Positions 46,195 to 58,393 of a DNA stretch of 64,000 nt are shown piece after piece. Source of the stretch: Piedraia hortae CBS 480.64 (taxonomy: Eukaryota); the NCBI GenBank assembly GCA_010093745.1, contig MU005969.1, forward strand, positions 246,334-310,333, read 5' to 3'. The position numbers and the translations under genes are program-made. The notes under the pieces are model-generated. The model had not been told where the DNA came from. It saw only the letters and a list, made by a program, of their open reading frames with translations, and did not search any database. Every line of letters starts with the position of its first letter. The first letter of the stretch is position 1.

Positions 46195-46277
46195 TGCGCT
46201 CGCCGAGACTCGAACTCGGTCCTCGAGCATATCCAACGGGGTGGGAAGCTCGAATTCTACCCTTAAACTACGAACGC
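46195..46277 (-). tRNA. tRNA-Gly(CCC) with a 12-nt intron
   Basis: The minus strand reads GCGTTCG TA GTTTAAGGGTAGAAT T CGAGC TT-CCC-A [CCCCGTTGGATA] T GCTCG AGGA CCGAG TTCGAGT CTCGG CGAGCGC A. The acceptor, anticodon and T stems pair, the intron sits at the canonical 37/38 position, and a T8 Pol III terminator follows immediately (46187-46194). Confidence 0.93.
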
Positions 46278-46428
46278 CTAATAATTGAGTTGGGTCAAGT
46301 TGTTTATACCTGCTTGCTGACAGTGTCCCGAATTTGGCCGATGCTCACCTTCGCAGCATATTTGAGCTGTGACGTACATATATGCATAGCAGACGTTGCG
46401 GGGCTCTTCTATCCCACCACACTACACT

Positions 46429-47450
46429 ATGTCGGCCAAGATCCAAAAAGTGATTGAGCGTCAAAAGGCCAAGTGCGTACCCAGATCGACGAGGCGCCTT
46501 CAGCTTACGATGACAGGATCGAAGAGGGCGACTACTACGAAGCGCATCAGCAACTCCGCACCGTGGCCAATCGCAAAGTCAAGTCTGGCGACTTCACGTC
46601 AGCCATCGACTTGCTCTCCGAAGGCGCCCTGCTGCTTCTGCAAGCTGGACAGGGCGGATCGGGGGCCGATCTTTGCACATACCTCATCGACGTCTATCAA
46701 AAGGCGGAAATCAAAGCCGATGTCGCGGCCAAGGCGCGCATCCTGGGGCTCCTACGCGCCTTCCCGCCAAACGAGCCCGTAAAAAAGAAATTCGTCGCGG
46801 GCATTATCGAGTGGTCGGCTAAACAGAGTGAGTTTCCGGCCGGTGACCCGGAGCTGCATCACGTCATCGGTAAGCTGTACGCCGACGAGGGCGACGTTTA
46901 CGATGCCGAGCGACACTTGACGCTCGGCACATCAGACTCGGCGGAGATATTCAGCAATATGGAGTATGAGTGGTATGAGTCAGATGAGCCGCCGACAGCG
47001 CCTAGCTACGCCGCGCGCGTTGTCTTTCCCTACCTCCTTGTTGGCAACATACGCGCGGCGAACAAAGCGCTGTTGCTGTTCAACAACCGTCTCAGCAGCA
47101 ATCACCCCGGCTTAGGCGTGCAGTCCATCTCCTCGCCGTCCTCGGACATAAGAATCTACCCATCCCTGCCACTGCTCAATTTTTTGGGCCTACTCCTTCT
47201 CGCCATTCAACGCGGGACAAGCGATTTGTTCAAAACCCTCAAATCTCATTACAGTTCAAATCTGAAGGATGCCGGCTGGGACGAGCCGCTCGCGCACATC
47301 GGCGAACAATATTTTGGCATCAAGATCCCGAGACAGAGCAATCCAATGTTTGACATGATGAGCAGCATGCTCATGGGCGGGAACAACCCGTTTTCACCTA
47401 AGAAAAAAGACAAGACCGTGGCTGCTCCACCGGCGCCCGCCGTTGACTAG
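46429..47450 (+). CDS. GET4: Golgi-to-ER traffic protein 4 (intron 46473-46516)
   Basis: [72 protein letters not shown] and IGEQYFGI. Confidence 0.93.
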
Positions 47451-48270
47451 ATTATGAATACCTATAGAAACTGGCCCTTGAACACTATATAGGCCTCGCA
47501 GCCTTTGCAGCAAGATCGACTAACTCTGTACTGTCCATCTTATTCCCCATTAACCGTGAGGGGAGCATAAGATCAAAAGCTTCCCGAAACTCTAGCTATC
47601 GAGTTTGAGTCGTTCATGCAGCTTATACATTATTTTCCCCGGGAGAACTATCAACACTCAACTACCTTTCCAGTGGTAGTTGTCGTCAGTTTCACCAGCA
47701 ATGCTAGGTACCTATCTACATTCCCAATCAACCACGACGCTCGAGATCTCGAAGGCGTGGGCATTGACTGTTCCATAATAACTCATCATAGTAATTTTAC
47801 GCACTATAAAGTCTAACTTTGACCTTACCCCCTCTACCTGCACCTGGGTATAGCGAATCCTGGATGTAGTGGACAAAACCTGTTTATGGATCTATTGGCT
47901 TCTTCAGTTTTGTCTGTGATCAAGCGTCATTCGAACCTCATGTAGTTAGGCATGTTCCAAACTTGTAACGAAAAGGCCGCGGCATAACTACAGTCTTCTT
48001 GGCCGCTCTCAGCCTCTTCGACCAACCACATAGCTACGATCCAGACATGGTATAAAGGTTTCCTGCTTTCCTGGTCTGCCGATGTCCGAGAAGTATCATT
48101 ACTGGAACCGATTTCTGTAAATTTTCCACTGCCCACCCAACCTGTGCGTCATTCACCCTGCTTACGTAATTAGACAGGCTTGGCACCTGTCACTGTCGAA
48201 CCGGATAACCTCGAACAAAGCCCCAATCAACTAGAGAAGCTGCTTAACACACGTCTCGGCTCCAATTATC

Positions 48271-49752
48271 ATGGGAAACCCCTCCCCCAAGGAAGCCCAA
48301 ACTCCAAGAATGCCCCCAAAGAATGAGGAGAGATATACCTTCCCCCTTCCGCCACTCTCAACCCTCTCAACCCCCAGCTCGATTCGACGTCCGCAGGAAA
48401 TTGCGACTTTTTCTTACGATTCTTCGCGAAAACTGCATCCCCTCTCGAACCGATCGCTAAAGTACTACCACCCGCCCTTCTTCGAGGTCCCCGGCATCCC
48501 TGTCGAACCAATGGATCTCTCGTTGGTGAGTTTAAAACGAAAGGACCAGATGGGATATATAACCACTCCAACCCCGCCACCGCCTCCTTCCCCACTGATC
48601 CTCTAATACAGGGTTACGACACCTTCCACGCACGGGAAGAAGTTGACGAGCACTTGGACGGGTTGCTGGATACTCTCCAAGCGTTGGATACATCCAAAGG
48701 CGACGGAGGGAAAATAACACGGGCGGACATAATCACGTGGCGAGGAATGATGACCAAAATCCTCATTACGCCGTACGATTTTTTCAACGAATTCGAGATG
48801 AATGCTGTTTCTTACAAGGTAATATCTCTCAATACTTTTTGGACAATGTTGTTGGAAAGCGGGATGAGGAATAGCTAACGGTGGATATAGGGGACGATGT
48901 AATTACATCCATTGTTCAGATGTGTGAAGGTACTGATGATGAGACAGATTCATTGAAGAAAATTTCGAGTTTAGGCGACGGAGAATGTCTGCCCCCACTC
49001 AACCTTCCCAGGGAAACCAGCAAGACCAGCAGGATCAAATTAAGATGCCACCTCCGATGAGGGTACCTGCTCGGCGTCCCCAACAGGTGCACAACGATCC
49101 GCCCTCACAGAATCTAATGATGTACTGGGGGTATAAATTTGAGTCCCTCTTGCTCCATCCGTTCCCGTGGTCAATATGCACTCGCGAAGCCATTGAAACA
49201 CGCCATCCCGCCCCCGTGGAGAATACTTCCCAATTCTGCTCCATCATCAGCACCGCCCTCGGCAATGTGACCGCCATCCTGGGCGGGGAGGTTGATGGGG
49301 TCAGAGAGGATGGCACGCGAGGACGGGAGTATATTGAGCTCAAAACTTCTGTGGAGCCTGGACATAATCAAGGCAGCACCCTAGTGAGAGATGTGCTGAA
49401 ATTCGAGCACAAGTTACTACGGATCTGGGCGCAGTCCTACCTCCTCGGGATCCCAACTATTGTTGTCGGGTTTCGGTCGGAGAGGGGTTTGTTGTACAAG
49501 TTAGATGAGTTGGAAACCAGGCGGATCCCAGATCTGGTTGCGGCGAGTACGGCCGCGTGGAATGGCGTCGTGTGTGTTAACTATGCAAAGGCGTTTTGTG
49601 CGTGGTTGAAGGAGACGATTGGAGGAAAAGGCGGCACCTGGAGGATAAGACTCGTTAAAGGACCGAATAAAACTGTTGAGGTGTTTAAGGTGGATGAAGA
49701 GACAGAGGTGGTTAAAGACAGCTTTAGGAGGTTTTGGGAAGGGGAGGGATGA
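48271..49752 (+). CDS. RAI1: Rai1/DXO decapping nuclease (introns 48526-48611, 48819-48890 and 48899-48947)
   Basis: RRPQEIATFSYD, SLKYYHPP, IITWRGMMTKIL, YKGTIFIEE, MYWGYKFE, GGEVDG, IELKT and WAQSYLLGIPTIVVGFR. The start is 48271 or 48310. Confidence 0.9.
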
Positions 49753-50175
49753 CTGGACAAGCAATAGCTATAATGCTGACAGGGGTAGTTGGGAAAGGGA
49801 AGTGATGTGGTGGGAAAATTTGGAAGCTGGAAGTGATCAAGTTGCCTTGTAAAAAGGCTTAACACCTTTGCGATCTGAATGAAGTGAAGCGAGAGATGGG
49901 TGCTGAAACGCCATGTCCTGCTTTATTCTTAATTTCTCAACAGAGCCTTTTGCAACACGTTCGACCAGACATTGAAATCTAGAATGAGAACCTATGGCAC
50001 AACTGCTGTATTCGGGTAGGTACCGTATATGATTTACGCATCAAGCTTGTGACTTGGTTGAAAAAGGCGATGCATACCCTGCACCTCCTTAGGCGCAAAA
50101 GGTCATAGGAGCTCTGCCGTTTGCTTGTCAAACATAGTGGTATCATCATCTCGACGCAGTTGCTGGCCACATGTC

Positions 50176-51831
50176 CTAATAATCATCCACCGCCGGCCTC
50201 CTCACTTTCCTCTTCTTCTTGCTTCCCCCCTTAAAATGTTTCTTTCCATTCTGCTGCTGCTGCAGCAAATGAAACGGGGCTTTGGCCGTCCCTTTGCTTC
50301 CAGCCTCATCGAAGAATGCTCTATCAATGGCGTTGCTCTCCTTACTTTGTGACATTTTCTCTGGTCTATCCACTTCCACCTCCACTCTTGGATTAAACAG
50401 CTCTTCTTCTACACCTGGAGGGGAATGACAATACAATAAGCGGCCCTTTACGTAATCTTTCAAGATGAGTCTCGCGGCACGGGACTCATCAGGCCTGCCC
50501 TGGCCCTGGGTCATGAAACCTCTCGCCTGGGCGTAAGCACGGAGCAACTGCGTGCCAGTTGACTGCCCTTCTGGGATTTTGAGGCCATAAGTTCGCTCGA
50601 GCGCGGGCTTCGGGATCCTCTTCGCAACGAGGGCCGCAGGCGCGGTGTGCTCCCTTAGCTGGTCGATGGGTAGAATCCCGTTAACAACGAGCTCAGCTTT
50701 TGTGGTTGCAAAGTTTGGAAATACCAACCCTGGACAGTCACACAGGATGACGGCGTCGGAGAGGTGAATGGTCTGGAAGTGCTTCGTCTTCCCCGGTGTT
50801 GCCGACACAGAGACCTTTTTGGCGCCTAGGAGGGCATTGATTGTGGACGATTTGCCCACGTTGGGGTAGCCCACGAGGCCAATTTGAGTCTTTGCGCTGG
50901 ATGAGGCCCCCTCCACTGCCGGTGCGTGTGCTAAGAAGAGATCTTCGAGGTCTGCTGTTGTAAGGATATCCGATTTCGTGAGTGGACCATGGCTGCGATT
51001 ATCAGGTTCGTTGTCGCCAACCCTCTCGTTCGTCTCCCGCGCGAGTTCGGCCGAGAAGAAGCGAAATTCAATCTGCTCCTTCTCAAACCACTGCACCCAT
51101 GCCTCTCTCTGTTCAAGTGTCATAAGATCCGCCTTGTTGACGAGTAGAAGGTTATTCTTGTTTGTATCGACCTCTTTGACGTACTTCTCCAAGTCTTCGC
51201 ATCTGAACAGCAGGGGATTCCGCGCATCGACAATTTGCACAATCAAATCGCAGCGTTCGACCACGCGCCACAGCTGCCGCCACACTTCCAGATTGCGCTC
51301 AAACGGCGTTATGAGAAGATCCTGCTGAGTATCTTCCAGCTGAGCGAGACCCCGCCTCCACTTCAGCAGTGCCTGTTTCTCGCGTTCATCCAGTTGCGCA
51401 GCAGTTGTGTGCTTGTCCCATGGCGGGCGACGAGGAACTGTTAGGCGGCCGCGCTGGGCATGGTGTTTTCGCACAAGATCCCTTTCTTCCGATTCTGTCA
51501 AGAGGAACGGATTCGTGACGCCATCGGTGTGGAGGATCCGGAGATTGTTGCCCTTCTCAGCTGTGAAATCGGTGCCGGCGAGAGCGGCGGTGGATAAGAA
51601 TTCATCGAGCGGCGCCTGTTCGGTGACAGAGCGGAACTTCACCCACTCTGCCTCTTGCCGACCGGGCGTTATATATGCGTTGCCACTTTGATCTCGCCGC
51701 ATTATGGATCCTGCCGAGTTGGCGGCGCTGGCGGCGCTGGCTCGGTGCATGTTGGATTTTCCCTTGCCGAACCGGTCGTTCATTAGGCTATTGCCCAGCC
51801 CGACCTTGTTTTTGCTCTTTGCAAGAACCAT
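50176..51831 (-). CDS. LSG1: Large-subunit circularly permuted GTPase
   Basis: MVLAKSKNKVGLG, TPFERNLEVWRQLWRVVERCD, NKADL, GYPNVGKSSTIN, TPGKTKHFQT and DCPGLVFP. Confidence 0.95.
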   Translation of the reverse strand: MVLAKSKNKVGLGNSLMNDRFGKGKSNMHRASAASAANSAGSIMRRDQSGNAYITPGRQEAEWVKFRSVTEQAPLDEFLSTAALAGTDFTAEKGNNLRILHTDGVTNPFLLTESEERDLVRKHHAQRGRLTVPRRPPWDKHTTAAQLDEREKQALLKWRRGLAQLEDTQQDLLITPFERNLEVWRQLWRVVERCDLIVQIVDARNPLLFRCEDLEKYVKEVDTNKNNLLLVNKADLMTLEQREAWVQWFEKEQIEFRFFSAELARETNERVGDNEPDNRSHGPLTKSDILTTADLEDLFLAHAPAVEGASSSAKTQIGLVGYPNVGKSSTINALLGAKKVSVSATPGKTKHFQTIHLSDAVILCDCPGLVFPNFATTKAELVVNGILPIDQLREHTAPAALVAKRIPKPALERTYGLKIPEGQSTGTQLLRAYAQARGFMTQGQGRPDESRAARLILKDYVKGRLLYCHSPPGVEEELFNPRVEVEVDRPEKMSQSKESNAIDRAFFDEAGSKGTAKAPFHLLQQQQNGKKHFKGGSKKKRKVRRPAVDDY

Positions 51832-53770
51832 TCTCAATCCGAGTACTCTTAGGTAATTAGGTGTCAGAGGCGGAGGTCTCGTCTTTGTCCAGGAACAATT
51901 TCCAGCTGCGGGGCATCAGCGAGGTATGTTGTCGTCATACAGGATTACTAATCAGTACCACATTTGTCATTGTGGATCCCTCGGAACGAAACGATATATG
52001 TGACCCACAGACATCGTTTTTAGCTTGAAATCTCTTGAGACTAAACTTGGCGGTCAGCCAAGTCCGAAGGCAGCAGACATTGAACACAGCGGAATCATGC
52101 AAACGATGGTAGGTAAGCATGTGCCGCATGGAATCGCACTGGTAGGTGCCCAAAGTATTGCCTGGCGGGTGATGCTCAGCACATTCTCCAGACTGTGTAT
52201 TATGTCCCAATGACCCAAGAAAGACGTCACTTCGCCGCTAACCTATCAACCCAATGTCAGGGCGTTTATGCGCACCCAACACGCACCGCCGGCTTCGATC
52301 CCCAAGCTTTATAATGATGTATCGCAACCACATGGACAAGCCCAGAAGATCAACATAATCATGACATGATGCAGTTCATCTAGAAACGACCCAATCCCTT
52401 TGAACACCCATAACTCGACCAAAATTGACTATATCAGATATGGCATCCTACAAACTATTTTCCTTGTTGTGCCAAAGAACATGGAGTTATTCGTTACAGC
52501 ATATTCATGGCGGACGGCTGAAGCGGGACATGGTGCATGCACCGCCACCTTGCGCCATGATTGGCTGATAGCCGAGCCTCTAGCTGCCTTGTTTTGTGAT
52601 TGGCCAAAAATGCATGCGGCAAAATAACCGCTGGCGTAATGTATCATATGGAGAAAAACCTGATGTGTGGACTCCAATGACCGTACAAACTCATGTCAGC
52701 TTTTTGAAGAGCTTAAAGTATACCTGATCTCAAGTCCTCCCCATGAAGTCGATGAGTTACCAACCCGACATGTACCTCTTTTGCCATTGGTCCATTATCT
52801 TCATCGTTTCTGCCATCATTCCTGTCTTGCGTAGCTTTTTTTCGATGGTTGTTGAACATCGAGCTTGGGCAATATAATCGTTCCTGTTATCATTTCTGAA
52901 TCACGTCGCTTTTTCTTCCAAATCCAGGGCAAGCTCTTCCTCATCATTCCTCCAGATCACAATGGAGTACATGATACCGAGCTCTGCAGTTCCTGATCCG
53001 CATTCTGTGTTCCTGTCAGGTGTTCCTCATGACGTGTCTGCGACATGGGCCGCTCCAACAAAGACGCCGACTCCAACCCTATTACACAACGCTGTCCATT
53101 ATAGCTATGTTGATTATGGTGTTCATTATTGGGGTTCTGAGATGGAGAACCATCATTTGAGGTATGAAAGGCTTTGACAGCTGTCGAGTGGGACACTGAT
53201 AATGTCAGCAACATCATCAAGATTGTTTTACAAGCACGACAGTCACAAGGGGGTACAAATAGTCATTGCAGGCTAAATATGCCTCAGACGGCGACTCTAC
53301 CGAGCACGTTCTGAACCGACCTGCCGCTTCGACCGGTTCTTCTCCTGCTGGCCAAAACACGCACCGCCACATGCATGTTACTATTAAGGAGCGTATCCGG
53401 ACATGGCTATCTTCATTGGAGGCCATTGAAGCTCATATTGATCAAACCACGGTTGCCGTCCACGAGATTCATCACAATGTTGGCCAGCTTCACGCTCCAA
53501 CATGGCGTGCAGGAGTTTTAGGTGTCCGATTCCATGGCCTTTTCTATCATCATCAAGGCAGTTATATGGGAGTTTCAAAATGTAGTATAATTCCATGGTA
53601 ATGTATGATAGCTTAAATAGTATGATTGCCTGATGAATTTGGTGTCCTCAACCTGTGCGCATTAACCGTTCAGCGCCATGACGTCAGTGCCTCGCGTTAT
53701 AGTGCGGAACATTCCGTACTGACACACTGTGACTGCGCACGCAGAGCAAAATTTACCACAAAAGTTAACT

Positions 53771-54964
53771 ATGCCGCGAAAGTGCATTGACAAGAAGACA
53801 GCAACAACATACCAGGTGGTGCATCGTTCGCAGCAGGATCCTCTGATCCATGATGACGATGTTTCACAAATGGTGTTCGCCGAAAAGGCAACCAAAAGAG
53901 TTCGTCAGAGAAGGGACCTGGAAGAAGAATTTGGGCCTAGTATCCGCTCTAATGAGGGGGAAGCAGCACAGCATGGAGTGTTCTTTGATGATTCGAGTTA
54001 CGATTACATGCAGCATATGAGGGACCTTGGGAACGGAGGCGGGTCCGTCACTTGGGTCGAGGCTCCTGCCACGAAACAGAAAAAGATCGCACTGGATGAT
54101 GCGCTGAGCAATTTATCTCTGACAGAATCAACAACCTCTGAGAGGATATACCAAAGTCAGCAAAACGTTCCGGACGATATTAAGGGTTTTCAACTGGATA
54201 TGGATCCCAGGCTGAGAGAAGTGCTCGAAGCGCTTGAGGATGAGGAATATGTTGATGATGGCGAAGAGGACCTCTTCAAAGAGCTGACCATGGACCGCAC
54301 AGAGGTGAGCAAGGATGAATGGGAGAGACTCGGCGAGCAGCAATTGTTTCAAGATGAGGATGACCGAGGATGGGAAAGTGATGATACTATCCGAGGGGAA
54401 CCTCAACCGCCAATCACAGGTAATGCGCCAGAAAATGTTCAAGCACCGACACCAGCAGATCCGACAAACGGCGCATGGTTGAAAGAATTCAGACAGTTCA
54501 AAGCTGCCGGGGCCGCTGCACCACCCTCGGAAGGACCGTCCATGGTGACCAGTTATAGACATAAAAAGCGCAAAGGAGCAAAGACTAATCCTAGTACATT
54601 TTCTATGAGCAGTGCTAGTGTTCCGAGAACGGAACAGCACAAGCTCCTGGATGAAAGGTTTGACAGAATGCTTGAAAAAGACGAACTGGACTGGGAGGGA
54701 AGCGAAGTTGGGTCAATGGTCTCAGGCATGTCCTCTGTATCGCAACTAAGCAGATACAGCGCGGCACCGTCATACTGCTCTTCAACAGATCCCGGTGCTG
54801 CAAAGACTTGGCGGCCAGATCTAGACGACATCCTAGATGGTTACCTCTCAAAGCACTCCAGAGCAGGTAAGGGAGGGAGGAGGATCAAGAGATTTGGTCC
54901 ACAGGAAGGAATGGAGCAACTAGATGAGATCAGAAAGGGGCTAGGGCCGGCAAAAGTCAAATAG
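53771..54964 (+). CDS. LTV1: Low temperature viability protein Ltv1 (40S biogenesis)
   Basis: IDKKTATTYQVVHRSQQDPLIHD, NEGEAAQHGVFFDDSSYDYMQHMRDL, DMDPRLREVLEALEDEEY and FSMSSASVPRTE. Confidence 0.92.
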   Translation: MPRKCIDKKTATTYQVVHRSQQDPLIHDDDVSQMVFAEKATKRVRQRRDLEEEFGPSIRSNEGEAAQHGVFFDDSSYDYMQHMRDLGNGGGSVTWVEAPATKQKKIALDDALSNLSLTESTTSERIYQSQQNVPDDIKGFQLDMDPRLREVLEALEDEEYVDDGEEDLFKELTMDRTEVSKDEWERLGEQQLFQDEDDRGWESDDTIRGEPQPPITGNAPENVQAPTPADPTNGAWLKEFRQFKAAGAAAPPSEGPSMVTSYRHKKRKGAKTNPSTFSMSSASVPRTEQHKLLDERFDRMLEKDELDWEGSEVGSMVSGMSSVSQLSRYSAAPSYCSSTDPGAAKTWRPDLDDILDGYLSKHSRAGKGGRRIKRFGPQEGMEQLDEIRKGLGPAKVK

Positions 54965-55122
54965 TCGGCAGTGTGATGTCTGCAAGCTTGTGTGGTGCAG
55001 CGATTTGTGCCTTTCCCAATGCGTACTAGCGCCCAATACATCGGCCCGAGGGCTCAACCACCAGCCACCAGAAAACAGTGAGTAGTCAGTAGTGAGTAGT
55101 CAACATCAAGCCGGTCAATCCA

Positions 55123-56524
55123 ATGGAGACTGCACGCCGTTGGTTCCGTCGCAATCGCAACTATGTCTTTGTTGGTGCGGGGGTCATTGGTGCGGGCTAT
55201 CTGGTGGGACAATATGTCCTGTCCAAGCTCCAAGAAGCGCGTCAACGCATGACCGAGGATCGTGTGGCAAAGGAAAAGTGAGTAGCTGCTGTAGTGCAGG
55301 AACTATTGTTAACTGTCCAGTCTCCAGCGCCGCTTCAGGCAAAATCAAGAAGACTGCACCTACACCGTGCTAGCGCTTCTTCCAACAGTCCGAGAGGAAG
55401 TCTTTAGCGCATTACCAGTGGAACAAATCAGTGAGCAATTGCAGCAGGAGAGACAGGAGAGATTACAAAGAGGAGGAGTGCGATCAGATGCATCTTCCGT
55501 TCCCGATGAAGACAAAAGCGTTACATCCAGCGGCTATGTTGATGCAGCAGCAGAACATTCACCGCCACGACGGAAAAGGGCGGAGCTGTGGGAAGAAATG
55601 AAAATCAATTCCATTGTCAGAGCTTTGACTTTGCTCTATACCTTGTCCCTGCTAACGCTTTTGACGAGAATCCAGCTGAATCTGCTTGGGCGAAGGACAT
55701 ACCTGTCCTCTGTTGTCGCTCTGGCTGCTCCGCCAGATATTCAGGGTTCAACAAAGATATCTCTGGAGAACCGCGATGATGATGGCTACGAAGTCTATGG
55801 AAATGATTTTGAGACCAATCGCAAATACCTTACATTTAGCTGGTGGTTGCTCCACCGGGGCAGTCTGCAGATCATGAATCGCGTTCGAGAAGCCGTGGAA
55901 GAGGTATTTGGGTGGGTCAACATTCGAGAGGAGGTGACAATGGAACGGCTGTCCGAGCTCATCATGGATGTCCGTCGAAAAGTCGAGGGCGCTACTGAAG
56001 ACGAAAGGCTGGAGACCCAGTGGCTGCCATACCTACTTCCTTCTAAAAGCGAAGAGGCTGATGTCATTCGACAGGCCGGGTCAACAGATGATTCAACTGA
56101 CATTAACCCTTCGCTAAGACGCCTACTTGAAGAGACTTCGGACCTCATTGAATCTCCACCGTTCACCCAAGTATTGACTCATACTTTGGACTTTACATAT
56201 TCGCATCTCGTCGACCACTACGTCGCGATTGAGGCATTCAAGCAAGTTAAGATAAAGAAGCTGGCCCACATTCTGCCCGTGTTCTGTCGACAAGCGCATT
56301 TCATCTCAACAGGCAGCGGAGACGTGGCCAACGAAGAAAACGAATACCTCTGTGCAATCGACAAGACACGCGAGCTGGAGGCATTCGCCGCAATTATCTA
56401 CTCTAGCAATTTTGAGTACGAGATTGAGACCAAGGCTGACGTTGGCAACGGCGTAGCGCTGGAACATGCGTGGAAACGGGCGCTAGCGGAAGAGGATGGA
56501 ACACTGGTGGACTCCGGCCAATAG
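55123..56524 (+). CDS. PEX3: Peroxin 3 (intron 55278-55320)
   Basis: RRWFRRNRNYVFVGAGVIGAGYLVGQY, AKENLQRRFRQNQEDCTYTVLALLPT, LTRIQLNLLGRRTYL, YLTFSWWLLHRG and LEAFAAIIYSSNF. Confidence 0.93.
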
Positions 56525-56541
56525 CATCCTGGTACGGGCAG

Positions 56542-56633
56542 CCCCGCCTTGGTCCTGACGCTCCAACCTCGGCTCATGATGGCGTCGGCAGCCGTTTCGA
56601 GTAATTCGACTAATCACCCCCGCCCCGCCCCGC
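56542..56633 (+). promoter_or_regulatory. Cluster of CCCCGC (SYGGRG, CreA/Mig1-type) sites upstream of the sugar porter
   Basis: ccccgc at 56542 and tandem ccccgccccgccccgc at about 56618-56633, roughly 90-180 bp before the ATG at 56725. Confidence 0.45.
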
Positions 56634-56724
56634 GCCGCCACTTGGGCCAAGCTTTTTCCGCACTTCATCAAAAACAGCGATACCCCACGTTTGGATCGTC
56701 ACCTTCTCTTCTTTTATCTGCAGC

Positions 56725-58302
56725 ATGCTCACTGCAAAGTCCCGGGATGATGCCAATGGGGTTCCCCATTTTATGGGCCTCACAGGCAAAAAGCTCAACC
56801 TCATGGTGTCTACCGTCGCGACTTGCGGATTCTTACTATTTGGTTACGATCAGGGAATCATGTCTGGCATAATTGGCGCGCCAGTGTTCAACAACTACTT
56901 TCCTAAAACCAAAAACAATCCAACCTGGCAAGGCTTTGTTACGGCCATCTATGAAATCGGATGCCTTGCCGGCGCAATCTTTCAACTTCTGATGGGCGAC
57001 CGATTTGGTCGTCGTCGGTCTATAATCTTGGGCGCATTTATCATGGCTCTTGGCGTCATCATTCAGGTTACCAGCTTCAAAGGCCATGCGGCAACTGCGC
57101 AGTTCATCATTGGACGGGTTGTCACTGGGGTAGGCAATGGAATCAACACTTCGACCATTCCCACATACCAAGCCGAGTGTTCCCGCTCCACCAATCGCGG
57201 TCTTCTTATTTGCATCGAAGGCGGCGTGATTGCGTTTGGCACGTTGATCGCCTACTGGCTCGACTACGGTGCCAGCTACGGGCCTGATGAAATGACATGG
57301 CGATTGCCAATTGCATTCCAGCTCGTCTTTGCCATGATTATCGTGACGGGCATGTTGAATCTGCCCGAATCACCTCGTTGGCTCCTGACCAGGGGGCGTC
57401 GTGAGGAAGCGAACGCGGTTCTTGCCGCCCTTCGCGGAACTACGCGCGATGCTGAAGAAGTCCAGACGCAAATGACGGTCATCACAGACAGCATTGAAGC
57501 TTCTGGTCACGTCGGGGGCAACACACCCATGCGTGCTCTCTTTACCGGCGGCAAAACCCAGCATTTCCGGCGCATGATGCTTGGAGTGTCGAGTCAATTC
57601 TTCCAGCAAATTGGCGGCTGCAATGCAGTCATCTACTACTTTCCCGTGCTCTTCCGCACCAGCATCCATGCCAGCGCCAATCTGTCTCTCCTACTTGGCG
57701 GCGTCAACATGATTGTCTACTCCATCTTCGCAACAACATCTTGGTTTGTCATTGAGCGCATCGGGCGGCGGAAGCTGTTCCTAATCGGCAGCATTGGACA
57801 AGGGCTGTCCATGGTCCTCGTTTTCGGCGCGCTGATCCCGAAGACGGCCGTAGCCGCGAAGGCTGCAGCCGCAGGCTTCTTCACTTATATCGCCTTTTTC
57901 GGCGCGACCTGGCTGCCTCTACCGTGGCTTTACCCGGCCGAGATCAACCCAATCAAGACACGCGCCAAGGCAAATGCAGTCAGCACAATCAGCAATTGGC
58001 TCTTTAACTTCACGGTAGTCATGTTCACGCCTCCCTTTGTCGCCGGCAGCCCTTGGGGATGTTATGTCTTCTTCGCGGCTGTCAATGCAATGTTTGTACC
58101 CATCATCTACTTCTTCTACCCCGAGACGGCAGGGCGGAGTCTTGAAGAGATCGATCTCATATTTGCCAAGGGCTATGTCGAGAATATGAGCTATGTGCGG
58201 GCCGCCAAGGAGCTGCCCAAGCTCTCAGATGAGGAGATTGATATTAAGGCAAGGGAGTATGGCATGGTCGAGGAGATTGGCAAGGACAAGGCCGAGGCAT
58301 AA
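56725..58302 (+). CDS. MFS sugar porter (STL1-like glycerol/sugar symporter family)
   Basis: LLFGYDQG, GDRFGRR, IGRVVTGVGNGINTSTIPTYQAE, PESPRWL, QQIGGCNAVIYY, PWLYPAEI and PETAGRSLEEID. Confidence 0.92.
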   Translation: MLTAKSRDDANGVPHFMGLTGKKLNLMVSTVATCGFLLFGYDQGIMSGIIGAPVFNNYFPKTKNNPTWQGFVTAIYEIGCLAGAIFQLLMGDRFGRRRSIILGAFIMALGVIIQVTSFKGHAATAQFIIGRVVTGVGNGINTSTIPTYQAECSRSTNRGLLICIEGGVIAFGTLIAYWLDYGASYGPDEMTWRLPIAFQLVFAMIIVTGMLNLPESPRWLLTRGRREEANAVLAALRGTTRDAEEVQTQMTVITDSIEASGHVGGNTPMRALFTGGKTQHFRRMMLGVSSQFFQQIGGCNAVIYYFPVLFRTSIHASANLSLLLGGVNMIVYSIFATTSWFVIERIGRRKLFLIGSIGQGLSMVLVFGALIPKTAVAAKAAAAGFFTYIAFFGATWLPLPWLYPAEINPIKTRAKANAVSTISNWLFNFTVVMFTPPFVAGSPWGCYVFFAAVNAMFVPIIYFFYPETAGRSLEEIDLIFAKGYVENMSYVRAAKELPKLSDEEIDIKAREYGMVEEIGKDKAEA

Positions 58303-58393
58303 TGCATATTGTATCATGTAGGGCTGGCTCACCTACTGAGTCTGATTGGCGTCTGAATATTGGAGGAAGAGAGGCAGTTTAGAATGGATAAAG

